Source of the DNA: Eukaryota sp. TZLM1-RC
Taxonomy: Eukaryota; Protista; Metamonada: BaSk clade
Length of the DNA stretch: 64,000 nt
Assembly: GCA_040285825.1 (NCBI GenBank)
Contig: JAUPSS010000007.1
Location: 2,268,689-2,332,688, forward strand
Direction: 5' to 3'
Shown: piece by piece, positions 11,966-23,790 of the stretch
How the letters are laid out: each line of letters begins with the position of its first letter
How positions within the stretch are numbered: the stretch's first letter is position 1
Made by a program: the position numbers and the translations under genes
Notes under the pieces: generated by a model
What the model was told of the DNA's origin: nothing
The model's database searches: none
What the model saw: only the letters and a program-made list of their open reading frames with translations

Positions 11966-12700
11966 GTGCACATTTTCAGAAACGAAACTACTCCTACTTC
12001 CTGTCTAGATTTAAAGGGAAAACGACGTTTCTCACAAGATTTAAAATGGATATCATTATTGTCATTCATAGAAAAAAGTCCATCTCCATCAGATACTTCC
12101 AAACTAGGTAGAAAACGTACTACTGCTACTGCACGTGACCTTCCACCAAGAAAAGTTAAAAGAGAAACGGAAAGTTCTATAAATATGGACGAAAGTTTGT
12201 CAGAAACCGTACCCTCCTCTCCTGTGCAATACTCTTCTGCTTTAGGTCGATCTAAATCTTCAACTGTTCAGGATTCGAATTCATTTAAAAAATCTGGTCC
12301 AGATCAAATTAGGCCATTCACATCCAAAGATTCTTCAACTTCCAGTCCTCTCAGTGTTGAAAACTCTCCTGTTATCAACAAGTCTGTTTCCAACAATGTT
12401 AAACATGAACCACTGTCGTTTTGTCATTTTACTGAATGTCTCAATGTGACTCATCCTACATCTCAACATTCACCATTTTGTTCAGTCTATTGTAGATCTT
12501 CCATGGAGAACATAGAACATGGCCTAATCAAACCAAGGAAGAGCAATCAGCTAATCAGGTCTGCCGTAGAAACTCTATGCAAGGACGGTGTGATTTCTCA
12601 TCCACGTTCAATCTCAAACTTTACAAAGACCCTGCAGCAGAAGGGCATTTGTTCAGTGAATGAAGCCGTGGATATGATACGACAGCATTTAAAGGTATAG
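11726..12700 (+). CDS. hypothetical Ser-rich protein with C-terminal Cys/His cluster; probably two short 5' introns
   Basis: 284-aa ORF (11846-12700) with CHFTEC...HSPFCSVYC. Removing gtaagtcactctaagaacactctcgtag (28 nt) and gtatgtactctaaccatttgaactgcttaaag (32 nt) extends it in frame to MLQARLGRISQIL. Start uncertain. Confidence 0.55.
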
Positions 12701-13382
12701 TTGGAAGGCTTTTTTCGCATTGTTGGTTTTATGTGTTTCTTTCATGAGCAATTGTCTTTTCGTTTTGTATTTGTTTGAATTGCTGTGGGCAATTTGTAAT
12801 ACTCTTTTTAATTAATGTTACTGCTCTTTTTTGTTGATCAAAGTAGTTCGATTTATAAAACATATCTTTTTCTAAGTTTTTAATTCACCTTTCAAAGACT
12901 TTGAAGCCCGTTTCGACACAATCCAATCTCAGCAACACATTACAGAACTGACAGAAGGCTATCAAAGTTGAGCTCCTGATCTATAACAAAGTTTAGAGCA
13001 GCAACTAATAACCACACAGAATTTTGTTTTCGAAAGTAGTCAATTTATTACCAGCCTTTTACGATAAAAAATCTGTCAAAAATTGTCTGATTGATCTCAA
13101 CAATTGTTCAGAACATCAATCGGAATCAGTAATGTTACATCACTTGTTGAGCAATTGGTTATCAAATTCCTGAAATATATAATACGCCTCATTGGAGACT
13201 TGATTCAATTTAAATTAATTTTGTTAACCTCTTTCTTCATTTCCCAGAACATTATGATATTTACTGCGATTTAACAAAGCACAAAAATCATTGTGTACAA
13301 TTGTTTTGGTGGTGACTGGGTGGTGAATCAGTAATTGTACAAACAATAACCACAAACTCTTTTACTCACAAAAAAACAACAC

Positions 13383-15554
13383 CTAATCTACTCTCAAAGA
13401 CAAAGGTTTCTTTTGCATCAACTCCTCAAACTCATTTTCAAAGTATTTTTTCAGTTGCTTTCGTTTAAGTTTGTATGTGGGGGTTGCTAATCCATTATCT
13501 GGGCTAAAGCTATAATTACAAATATACAAATGCTTAGGAATTTCAAATCCTCGAAGCGAAGCAGCGCGGCAAACTCTGTTAATGTCAACCATGACGGACA
13601 GAAGCAAATCACTCCAATAAATCCTCTGAGAATCAATAGGTACATTGCGACGACGACAATCAGCCTCATTTGCAATCAACTCAGTCGATTCAAGGTCGTT
13701 TTGGGGTTTAATAACCTCTTCGCCGTCACTTTCTCGTAGAATAGCTTCCTTTTCGTCATCCGAAACATCAGTCAAAAGACCTGCTCTGTGAGCTTCCCAG
13801 GCCTCATCAGAAGGACAGACAAAGGCAGCAACGTGAGGGAACCTTCCATCACCTGTAACAAAAATATCGTTTATAAGAGGCGAACGTTTACAAATGGTTT
13901 CCACTGCTTCAGGATTTACGAATTCCCCTTGAGATACCTTGAACGTGTTGGACATTCTATCTATAAGTTTAAGATAACCACCATCTAAAAACACTCCAAT
14001 ATCACCAGTATGAAAATACCCTTCTTCATCAACTGCAATCTCACCTTTTCTTTTCCAATAACCAGGAGACACTGCTTTACTCTTGATCAAAACTTCCCCA
14101 ACAGGATTAGTAAGATTATCTCCAAGGAATTCATAATCAGGCTGAGGATTTACCTTGATGTCAACTCCTTCTAGTGCAGGACCCACTTGACCATAACGAC
14201 CACAGGGAATACGATTGCAACTAGCACAAGAAGTTGTTTCAGAGAGGGCATAACCTTCTGCGATGTAAGTCTTGAACGCAATTTGGCAAAACTCTGCTAA
14301 ATCAGAATCCAAAGGTGAACTTCCAGATATAATTACTAATAACCGATTACCTAATAGTTTAGCAATCTTATTAAATACTAAAGAGTCCCAAAAAAAGTGA
14401 GTTACTTTCTGCTCACTTCGCAGTAATTGCTTCTTAGCCTCAAAAGCCTTATTGAACATATACTGCTTAAATGAAGAACCTTCACCGACCCTAGCCATTA
14501 TCCTACTGTGTAGCTTGGCTAAAACACGAGGAACGAGGCAGAGAAGCGTTGGGTTGCACTGTTGAATATCGTCTAGCAACCGGGTAAGGTCTTGACTAAA
14601 GAAGGCTAATCTTCCTACGACACTAAAGCACCAAAACTCATGTAATCGGGCTAGAATGTGTGAGGTCGGAAGAAAGGAAAGACCAGTGTGGTGATGGGAG
14701 ACACTTCTATTAGGAAGCACAGGTAGCAAGTGGTTAAAACTGCTAAGCGCGCTTAAGAGATTGAGATGGGTAATCATAACCCCTTTGGGAGTCCCACTGG
14801 TGCCGCTGCTGTAAACAATCGTGCATAGAGGAGAAGTGAGATCACCATAGTGTTCTTCGTTGGCTTGCTGTTCTTCCAAGGATGGTGGGGTGAGGTTTGA
14901 ATCATCATCACCTGAAACAACCATATCTTCATAGGATTTGATCAGCAGTACACCGTTGTTGAGGGATTCGGGTCGTTCCAAAGGGTTGTTCAAGGTGATT
15001 ACAAGCTTTGGATTCTTGAGGGATTGGAAGCAGGTGAACACTTTATTGAAAGAGTCCCTGTCATTACCAGCAGAACGAGCAGCATAGAGCCATTCAGACG
15101 GGTACTTTCCTTTAGGTATTTGATAAGGGATATCAGAGTTGGATCCAAGGTTACCGATAACGACGGCGGAAATGTCTGCATCCTCAACCACAAGTTTGAG
15201 GTCTTCAGGACGTAGAGCAGCATAGAGAGGAACAGTGACAATTCCAGCAGCCTGACAAGCCAAATCCAAAGTAGTGAGCTCTTCACAGTTCAAAGAAAGA
15301 AAAGCAAGACGAGAACCAACGGGAAGGATGGCTTTGAGGGCCCTCGCCAGACGATTGATTATACTGAGAAATTCTCCATAAGTACGCCATGAGTAAGAAC
15401 CAAATGTGTTGTCTTCATTACGTACACGGGTACCTACAGCCTGTTTATGCTTGTGTGCATCGGCTGTTGCAACAAAGAACTCATAAAGAGTATCATATTG
15501 CTCATTGAATTCGGTGAACTCGGTGTGATACGCAATATGTTCCAGCTTTGCCAT
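13383..15554 (-). CDS. long-chain fatty acyl-CoA synthetase (AMP-binding family)
   Basis: AMP-binding motif IVYSSGTSGTPKGVMITH, plus EGYALSET, FHTGDIG and LKLIDR...FKVSQGEFVNPE. Confidence 0.95.
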   Translation of the reverse strand: MAKLEHIAYHTEFTEFNEQYDTLYEFFVATADAHKHKQAVGTRVRNEDNTFGSYSWRTYGEFLSIINRLARALKAILPVGSRLAFLSLNCEELTTLDLACQAAGIVTVPLYAALRPEDLKLVVEDADISAVVIGNLGSNSDIPYQIPKGKYPSEWLYAARSAGNDRDSFNKVFTCFQSLKNPKLVITLNNPLERPESLNNGVLLIKSYEDMVVSGDDDSNLTPPSLEEQQANEEHYGDLTSPLCTIVYSSGTSGTPKGVMITHLNLLSALSSFNHLLPVLPNRSVSHHHTGLSFLPTSHILARLHEFWCFSVVGRLAFFSQDLTRLLDDIQQCNPTLLCLVPRVLAKLHSRIMARVGEGSSFKQYMFNKAFEAKKQLLRSEQKVTHFFWDSLVFNKIAKLLGNRLLVIISGSSPLDSDLAEFCQIAFKTYIAEGYALSETTSCASCNRIPCGRYGQVGPALEGVDIKVNPQPDYEFLGDNLTNPVGEVLIKSKAVSPGYWKRKGEIAVDEEGYFHTGDIGVFLDGGYLKLIDRMSNTFKVSQGEFVNPEAVETICKRSPLINDIFVTGDGRFPHVAAFVCPSDEAWEAHRAGLLTDVSDDEKEAILRESDGEEVIKPQNDLESTELIANEADCRRRNVPIDSQRIYWSDLLLSVMVDINRVCRAASLRGFEIPKHLYICNYSFSPDNGLATPTYKLKRKQLKKYFENEFEELMQKKPLSLRVD

Positions 15555-16059
15555 CGCGTTATCTTGATTGAAGTGATTGAAACAAATTGAGGATTTTTGT
15601 CACTCGTCACATTTCCATTGTTGTCAGAGGGCTAACACCGACTTACTATTGTCTGATAATGATTTCCGTCGCCTCAATGTACATAGTAGCCAACAAACCA
15701 AATTTTTTTTGATACAGGACTAATTGATTTGGACATAAAATAGAAGGTCATCTTCATTTTTCGAATTGAATAATTAATGTTTTTATAGCATAAGCAGAAC
15801 AATTGATTATAGATAAGTTTTAGTTGTATCCTTAATGACAAACGACACATATCCAAAAATCTATTAAACATAAATTTTGATGCAGCAAAATGTGTTGATT
15901 TTTGCTCTTTTGAAAATCTTGTGCAAACATCCTCATCAGTAACCGAAACGAAAAAACAGCCGAATTCATGGTGGTGTACTAAACCAAGTCTTATAAAAAT
16001 ATAATGAACTTTTTTCTTCTAAAGCTTTTAACTTTTTATTAAACAACCAATAAACAGAA

Positions 16060-16780
16060 CAGTTTCAAATACACAAATAATGTTCAATATTCTCAGCTCT
16101 AGCCTCTCCAATATCGAAACAGTCAATGACTAAAGATTCAGAAAATTTACCAAAAGAAGATAGTCAATTAGATATAGATTCACCATTCTCTTAAAAATAG
16201 AAAACACGATCCTGCATTGCCAGTCAACACGATTGAAATATCTTCCAGTCCTTTTCTTTACAACTACACTGATTTCTTCAAAAAATGCCAAAGCAGCCTT
16301 CCCTAAAGAACGGAGAAAAGAAAAACAAAAGCACATAAATCATATTGGGCATGAGAATATTCATTTACCGAAGGAAACAGTTTCGCCTATTCAGCAGTTT
16401 GATATTTTCCGACACGTAAGAGGATTGTTTACATCAGAATTAATGAAATGTTTATTAGCAAATTTACAAGGGTTAAAGGACATAGCATCTACAATGGTGA
16501 AGCTTTCATTTAAGGCACTAACAATCAAATCACCTCTTGTCAGACACAGAGATGCTCTATTTTAACACGTACTATTATTGTTGGGGTCTTCGAGAGATGA
16601 TTTTGTTAACAATGGTTCTAAAAATGAATCTACTCGATATGATTTGCACAGGACATAAATTTGGTCCCTTACATTATTATATACTTTACTTCTAACTGTA
16701 ATAAAAAGGTCATTATTCTAGAAATGAGTGAATAGAAGAGCTTTAAACCATTTAACCACAGTTACATGTTAAATGATTAG
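16060..16780 (-). mobile_element. degenerate 3' remnant of RLE non-LTR retrotransposon (family RLE-2)
   Basis: GKAALAFFEE...KRTGRYFNRVDWQCRIVFSIFK matches the C-terminus of the 46707-47891 ORF. Confidence 0.8.
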
Positions 16781-16854
16781 CCCGAAACGTGAGCATTTTT
16801 GAAACTTCAAAATGAAAACGTGAGCATTTTTGTAAATCACCCGTTTTTTAACAC

Positions 16855-17991
16855 ATGCAACGAAGCAGAACACCCTCTCCTGTGCTTTCTGATCAGCCCT
16901 CCGAAACCTCTGGAGTATCATATCCCAAATCTACAGCTGCTGTTGCTGGTTCAATCGATCTTAAATCTGCTCCTTCACCTTACTCTTCTCCTCCTGGTAG
17001 TGTTCAGGGTAGTATTCATGAAGATGCTCTGTGGGAATTTGAAGAGGTTGAAGATGATGTAACACTTCTCCATGATGTTGATAACAGTCTTCACTCCCTT
17101 AAACAGACCCTCCTACAACACTTTGTCAACACTAAGCGCAAAATTCAACTCCGGGCATCTCAACACTTTAAAGCCCAACGTGCTCATCATGAACAGCAGG
17201 TCTCCACCCTATACGCTGACCTCGACGACTGTAAGAATTCCCTTTACGAGTACAAGGTAGATACCGAACGATCCCAGCAGATAGCCGCCAGAGCATGTGT
17301 ATTGCTGGGAAGAAGAGCCACACAGTCAAAGGAAGAGTCATTTCTCCGATTGATTCTCACTTCGTGGAGAGCTCTCTCTGCTCGTTCTTCACGCCTTTTG
17401 AATGCTGTTGATGTCTTGACTGTTCATGCTGACAACACTTTTATGAGATCTATCTTGACAAAGTGGAGGAGATTGGCAATGGAGAATAGCCGAGAAGAGT
17501 TTATTTCAAGGCTAAAACGAGATTTTTCTGAAGAAACTCAGATACTACAATCCCATTATGAAGAAGAAATTTCACATCTCACTAGTGAAGTGTCTAGTTT
17601 AAAACAGTTATTAGAAGAATCTAAGAGAGATCGTAATGAAGCTGAAAGTAGTTTTAGGGAGGCGATGCTGAGAGGCATGTCGGCGTTTCAAAAGGAACTG
17701 TCGACTGAGATGACGTCATCAGGGTCAAGAACTCGGCAACTAACGTCGATGACGTCAACTGGACCGTTTGTGAATCACGGAGGTCAGCTTCCTCCCCAAC
17801 CAGAGGCTCAACCCGAACCTCCCAAATCTACTATTGGATTGGATTCGATTGAATCTGGTATTACCCACTGTACAGGTCAAGTTGCTGTTGTTAGCGAGAA
17901 GCCAAGGAGAAGAGTGGTTAGTGGAAAGAAGGAACAGTTTGTGTCGATACCACCTGTGAAGAAAGATTCGTGTAGGAAAATTAAAAAATAG
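16855..17991 (+). CDS. POC5: centrosomal protein POC5-like
   Basis: Coiled coil with Sfi1-type centrin-binding repeats (FLRLILTSWR, FMRSILTKWRR) followed by FREAMLRGMSAF, resembling the POC5 box (AFMRGVCAL). Confidence 0.6.
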   Translation: MQRSRTPSPVLSDQPSETSGVSYPKSTAAVAGSIDLKSAPSPYSSPPGSVQGSIHEDALWEFEEVEDDVTLLHDVDNSLHSLKQTLLQHFVNTKRKIQLRASQHFKAQRAHHEQQVSTLYADLDDCKNSLYEYKVDTERSQQIAARACVLLGRRATQSKEESFLRLILTSWRALSARSSRLLNAVDVLTVHADNTFMRSILTKWRRLAMENSREEFISRLKRDFSEETQILQSHYEEEISHLTSEVSSLKQLLEESKRDRNEAESSFREAMLRGMSAFQKELSTEMTSSGSRTRQLTSMTSTGPFVNHGGQLPPQPEAQPEPPKSTIGLDSIESGITHCTGQVAVVSEKPRRRVVSGKKEQFVSIPPVKKDSCRKIKK

Positions 17992-18265
17992 CATTAGTTA
18001 AATTGTTAGTTAAATCTTCAATTTATTTTTTCGTTGGTTCTTTCAATAACCTAACTGATTGTTTTAAAATTTTGTATTATAAATTTCAATTATTTTATTT
18101 TAAATCAACAATTTATTTTTCTGCAACAAAAACATAGTCCTTGTTGGTGTGAACGCAAGCAGATCAGGATTTTATAGAGGGAATCTTGATGAATGCAATT
18201 CTTCCCATTAGTTATGAATCTTTTATGATAGGTGATTAAGCTCAATTACTAGAAACTATTGTTTT

Positions 18266-19408
18266 TCACGAACTCTTTAGTTTATTAAACACTGTCAATG
18301 AAACATCTTTGATATGTTTGATTAAAATACTTGACAAATTCCTAAAAACCCGATGAGATCTAAAGTTCTTATCACTATCAGTTGGAGTTTTTCCCTGAAT
18401 CATAAATTTTTCCATAGCATTTCCCATCACCCGTATAATCCATCTTTCAATTTCCCTTTGGAGAGCAGGAAGTCTTGGGCACATATTGCGATCAGGAAAT
18501 GTTGTGCATACATTAAGTAAAAAGACCAATACACCGAGAAAGTGAATAGATCTATTCTCCATAATGCACATCTGAAATACTTCATCGAAAAGCAATGACA
18601 GATCCAACTTGATACAATTGAAAATGATTGCAGCTGCTCTGGACACATTTTCCTCTGATGCAAAAGTGTCGCCGTCTTGACGAAAACGATCTGTGAGGTG
18701 TGCAATGGTGTTATTGATGAAATTTTGTTTTTCAGCTTCATCAGCAAAGTGAAGGACTTCACCATCCACTGTCTTTGTTTCAACAGCAGGAGCAAGCGGT
18801 GTATGTACAGTATAGCCACCAAAAGGGAAAGTGACTGCTAAAAAGTGTTTTACAGCACCATCTTGGTCAAACATCCTACTTTTCTCAAGAGCCACTCTCC
18901 AACAAAAGTATGGAAAGAGTTCATTGTTTGGACGAGCAAATTTCAAGTCTGTAATACCAATAAAGTCAAATAACTCGATAACTTTATCAATATCAGGACA
19001 TTGTGCCGTTAGTTTCGCAACATCAATAATTAGCTTTGCTAGGCTAGGTGATGTAGGTGGTTGTATTGTAAGATAATCTCTAGTGATTCGGTTGTGATCT
19101 GATTCAAAAGTCATCCTTTCATCTTTAGCTTCAGCTTTGAGATACTTACGCTTGACACCCCAATGTGTCTTTAACTCTTTCCCCTGAAAACTGACTCCAT
19201 CAAGGTTTTGAACAGCATTGTATGCAGAATGAGAACTATGAAAATAAACATATGCAAGATAAACATCAGAGGACACAATAATTTCTTCTATAGATCCGAG
19301 AAATAGTATATGAGATTGAAGAACATCTGGTGAAACATATGGAGGTAGATTGGACAGGATCACCTCAGTGAAACCAGTAGGATGTATTTTGATGGGTTTC
19401 TGAGACAT
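18266..19408 (-). CDS. RRM plus SURP domain protein (U2SURP/SR140-like splicing factor); 5' end uncertain
   Basis: RRM (VILSNLP...LAYVYF...AVQNLDG...LKTHWG) followed by a SURP-like motif (LIIDVAK...LKF...YFCWRV). Confidence 0.65.
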   Translation of the reverse strand: MSQKPIKIHPTGFTEVILSNLPPYVSPDVLQSHILFLGSIEEIIVSSDVYLAYVYFHSSHSAYNAVQNLDGVSFQGKELKTHWGVKRKYLKAEAKDERMTFESDHNRITRDYLTIQPPTSPSLAKLIIDVAKLTAQCPDIDKVIELFDFIGITDLKFARPNNELFPYFCWRVALEKSRMFDQDGAVKHFLAVTFPFGGYTVHTPLAPAVETKTVDGEVLHFADEAEKQNFINNTIAHLTDRFRQDGDTFASEENVSRAAAIIFNCIKLDLSLLFDEVFQMCIMENRSIHFLGVLVFLLNVCTTFPDRNMCPRLPALQREIERWIIRVMGNAMEKFMIQGKTPTDSDKNFRSHRVFRNLSSILIKHIKDVSLTVFNKLKSS

Positions 19409-19785
19409 TAGGCACTTGTTGAATCGTGGTTTTCTCTGGAAATGCATTATCTGAAATGTCAAATTCCAATACTTCAAGCACATCGACATGTCTAAACTCA
19501 ACCATCCGAAGATGATCGGCTTAGATCAAAATACGTTGGATTTGAAGACTCTTATTGAGGTCTTCTTATAGCTGGGGGTCTTGTATTCAAACAATACCCA
19601 CTTACTGCAATCTCCCACTGGTTTATAATAACCCACTCAGTATTACTGTGAGACAAAACTGTCCATCAATTGGATTGAATTCATCCATGTGATTTGTTCA
19701 AAATGCATTTTTTAGTTACATTTTGGAACAATTCATCAAAATTGACACCCATTTAATCACATATAATTTTATACAAAACCGAAAA

Positions 19786-20058
19786 CTAGTCATCAATATC
19801 AGGACTGAAAGATAAAATCCTGAGAGGAACTCTACCTAGAGTTGACTCCACCTCTGAGGGTTGAGGGTTTTTGCAATTCAACGTCCTACTCTTGTCTATA
19901 TCACAATCAATACTGTTTCTTGGAGATTCAAAGAATTGTATAGAACTCTGACTTCGTATCTTTGAATGTGATGAAGCATCAGGGGTCGCGTTAAGACTAC
20001 GGAGTTGTTGCTCCCCAAATGAAGCAGAACGAACAGGAACCGGGGAAAGTAACGTCAT
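19786..20058 (-). CDS. small hypothetical protein
   Basis: ATG ORF MTLLSPVPVRSASF, divergent from the hydrolase gene; no domain recognised. Confidence 0.35.
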   Translation of the reverse strand: MTLLSPVPVRSASFGEQQLRSLNATPDASSHSKIRSQSSIQFFESPRNSIDCDIDKSRTLNCKNPQPSEVESTLGRVPLRILSFSPDIDD

Positions 20059-20196
20059 TTTTGTGACTGTAACGTGTATAATTGGAAATCGGGGAAGGTC
20101 GTTGAAGTTCAAATGAAAGGATTTCAAATAAGGATTTCAGGGAGATTGGATTAATGATTAACCTATTTCCAACTGAGAATTTGTTGTGATATTACA

Positions 20197-20961
20197 ATGA
20201 GCTTCTTCAAATCTATCCATACCTCAATGATTAAGTTCGATCCCAAACAACCTTTGTGGTGTGTTTGCATTCCAGGACTTGGTTGTACTTCTGACGACTT
20301 TGACAATCTAAGCAGTTATTTGAACATTAACTGTTTTTGTTTAGATCTGCGCAACTTTCCACTTGAGATTTCATCTATCCAAGAGTTTACAGAGACAATA
20401 TCATGCATCATTCAGCATATTAAAACAAAATACAACCTAGGCGAACCCTCAATGATCGTTGGACATTCATTTGGGGGTAGCCTTGCAATGGAGTGTTTTC
20501 ACCTTGCTAACATAATTGTTTCATTAGAAGGTAACGTTAATAAGGACTGTTGTGGCATTATTTCTCAGCAAATATCCAGCTATTCAAGAGAAGATTTCAT
20601 TCAACATTTTGACGAGTTTCTGGATGTTGTTGGTAAGAAACATTCCTTGTATTATTGGTCGACGATGGCTGTATCATGGGAACCAGCATCGTTACACCAT
20701 GCCTCAGAATTGTTAGTAGAATGGTCACACAATAGAGGAGAAGAGTTATGTCATGTGATTAATACTGAAAGGTTCTACTATTGCTATTCACAAAAGGTAA
20801 GACCTCTCCATGCCATTAAAATGTTGCAACGGTGTGGCTTGGATGAGACACATATTGTAGAGATCCCATCTTGTGGACATTTTATGTTGAAAGACAACCC
20901 TGAGTTCGTTAGCAGATTCCTCAATACAATTGCAACAGAGTCAGGCGGCAATCTACCATAA
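20197..20961 (+). CDS. alpha/beta-fold hydrolase
   Basis: IPGLG oxyanion region, nucleophile motif VGHSFGG, catalytic His in CGHFM. Confidence 0.85.
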   Translation: MSFFKSIHTSMIKFDPKQPLWCVCIPGLGCTSDDFDNLSSYLNINCFCLDLRNFPLEISSIQEFTETISCIIQHIKTKYNLGEPSMIVGHSFGGSLAMECFHLANIIVSLEGNVNKDCCGIISQQISSYSREDFIQHFDEFLDVVGKKHSLYYWSTMAVSWEPASLHHASELLVEWSHNRGEELCHVINTERFYYCYSQKVRPLHAIKMLQRCGLDETHIVEIPSCGHFMLKDNPEFVSRFLNTIATESGGNLP

Positions 20962-21279
20962 TAGCATGGCTTCACTTTTGTCTGCAACACTAGCTCTCAT
21001 TACAAACTCTTTGTGTAAACTTTATAATTTATCTGGAGAGTTTGTTCAAAACAAAATGTCAGAACACACACACACACTATTCACCATCGTTGGTTGTATT
21101 TATTAAACTTTTCACTCAAATATTGACTCTAATACCAAAGCAAATTTTCTGCAAAAACTTTATGTTCAACAAATTATTTTTAATTTATTGAACTTGCACA
21201 CTTAACAAAATAAACTCTCAACTATTTTTGAACAAAAAATACAAAAAGTAATATAGCTTACATATTTATGCAATAACGA

Positions 21280-23790
21280 ATAAAAAATCATCAAAGACAC
21301 AACTAAAACTACACATCCTCAACCTGCATCTCCTGCATCGAAACAGTTAATTTCTAAAAATTCTGAAATTTTAACAAAAGAAGAAAGTCAATCAGAAAAT
21401 AATTTCACCATTCTCTTGTAAATAGAAAATACAATCCTTTTTTGCCAGTAAAGACGATTGAAAATTTTTCCAGTTCTTTCCTTTACAACTACAACAAAAT
21501 TCTCGAAATAAACCATAGCAGCCTTTCCTAAAGATCCAAGCAAGGAAAAAACAAAGGGACATGAATTATATTGGGCATGAGAATGTTCATTGACAGAAGA
21601 TATGGGCTTAGCATATTTTTTTTAAAAAATTTAATTTTATTCTAAACCTATAAATCAACATCTAATAAATCCATCTCTCCCAAAACAAAAACACTAGATG
21701 CAACTCTCTCATAGTGAGATCCAAGAGAAAGCAAAGCATCAGAAACCATCTTCAACATCCCCTTAAAAATAGAAAACACAATTCTATTTTGCCAAAACAA
21801 TCTGTTGAAATTTCTGCCAGTTCTTCTCTTTACAATCATTTCAAAATCATCCAAAAAACGTAAAGCAGTTGATGCAAGTGAACCAAAAAGGGAAAATACA
21901 AATGGATACAAATTGTATTTTGCATGCTGTAGACTGGCCAATTTGGACAAAGGTTCATTGTATTTTTGAATTTAAAATTTTCAGCATTTGAAAGGGGATT
22001 ATGAATTTCAGAATTAACAAGCCTTTCATTTGAGGCATTAAAAGGATCAACAGACATTACATCCAATAAAATGAAGCTTCCATCTAATCCAGGTAATATG
22101 ACATCACCTCTATTATTCTTATGAAAATCATTTTCAGCATCAAACAGATTTGACAACAAAGGTTCCAAGAAGGATTCAATTCTATGAGATTTACACATAC
22201 AATATAACTGGTCTCTTACAGCATCATGAACCTTGCTTCTAAAAGTAATAAAATGTTTACAATTTAACAAATGAGTAGTTGTAATTTCTCGAGAACATTT
22301 ACAAATTAAATTATGAGGTAAATTATCAGGCCAGATAAAGGAACGAAATCTCATATTCAGAGTCCAAGCAGAATCGGATAAGAGAGTACCATAAACTTGT
22401 GGAATTGTTGTTACTAAGGCAGAAGAAGTACTGTCACACATATCTTGTAAAAAGATTTGCAAAAGCGGGATTCTTTTTCTTGGCCAAGCCAAGTCTAACA
22501 TCAAAATCCAAGCTTTCAAAAATCTTTGACAATTTTTGTTGAAGCTTTTTACAGCAAAACTGTAAATTAAATAGAGATCGGTTTGGAATTTCTTGAATTG
22601 ATTGAGGAAAACATTTGGTCCAAATTTGTGGCGGTAATTTTTCAAGTTCACAAGATAACTCATACAAATAGGGACTACAATTGGGGACTAACAGATGAGA
22701 ATCATCAGGAAATCTACGAGAAAATTCATAAATAAAATTTTTGCCACCACCCAAGAATGCTGATTGACACAAAATTGAAGATTTAGTAAAACCAATACCA
22801 CCCAAATTTGCTGAAGAAAATAAATGGCTTTTCAACATTCCTGGTTCTACATCCAATAAATCAGCAAAAAATTCTGTTCTCAATGAATTAAAAGAACGAC
22901 AAAAATCTAATGCTATGGAAGGAGCACAAGATCTCAAAATGTGGGTTATTCTCCCAGTGTAGCAAATTTTAAGCATGAAAAATTTAATATGCTTTTCTAT
23001 ATCTAAAGAAGAAATTGAATCAAGTTCAATTTTCATTTTTTCCAAAATAACTTGCAATTCATTCTGAATTTGAGGCACATTTCCTAACCAACAACCAAGG
23101 AACTTAAAAGCATCACTACTATAATTAGTAAAAGGTACAATAGAATATTTATACAATAGAATACTTAGCATATTTAGCAATTTTGTATTTTTCGCCAGCA
23201 AGAAGAGGATCATTGACATCTGAATTAATGAAATGTTCGTTAAAAGAATAACAAGGGTTTACGGACATGGCAGCTGAAGTAGTAAAACTTCCATTTAAGC
23301 TGGGAACAATCAAATCAACTCTTGTCAGACCCATAGAAGCTCTGTTGCAGGGCGTACTATCAATATTGGCGTCTTCAAGAATTAATGTTGAAAGCAAAGG
23401 CTCTGAAAAAGAATCTACTCGATATGATTTACACATTACATAAATTTGGTCCCTAGCGTTATTATTTACCTTGCTTCTAAATGTAATGAAATTTTTACAG
23501 TTCAAAAGATCAGTAAACTAAAGAGGTTTACCACATTTACCTATTGAATGATTGGGTAAATTGTTTGGTCAAAGAAAACAACGATTACGCATGTTTGAAA
23601 GCCATTCATTGTTTTCTACAAGAAGTGCATAAACGGAAGGAATTTGAGTAACTAAAGCAGCAGCGGAACTATTTCAAAAATCTTTTCCACAATTTCCGAA
23701 AATGTGATTTTCAGTTTTAGGCAAGCCCAGTCTTGCTCCATAATTGAAGTTTTCATACAATTTAACCAGAAAAATACAAATAACATCTAC
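21280..23790 (-). mobile_element. RLE-2 non-LTR remnant split by a younger RLE-1 insertion (21619-23163)
   Basis: Flanks join into ...GEKYKIAKYAKPISSVNE..., matching 46707-47891. Confidence 0.85.
21619..23163 (-). mobile_element. 5'-truncated RLE-1 non-LTR retrotransposon with 12-bp TSD
   Basis: Nearly identical to the 3' part of 35543-37541; TSD cttagcatattt at 21607-21618 and 23164-23175; T-run/A-run 3' tail. Confidence 0.9.

Noticed and set aside
9337-15286. Numerous antisense or overlapping ORFs of 60-160 aa in the ORF track
   Set aside because: They are shadows of real genes on the opposite strand or in other frames and have no motifs.
21619-23163. Programmed frameshifting in the RLE-1 and RLE-6 copies
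   Set aside because: The shifts are single-base indels in A/T homopolymers and are absent from the 35543-37541 copy; mutation or sequencing error is more likely.
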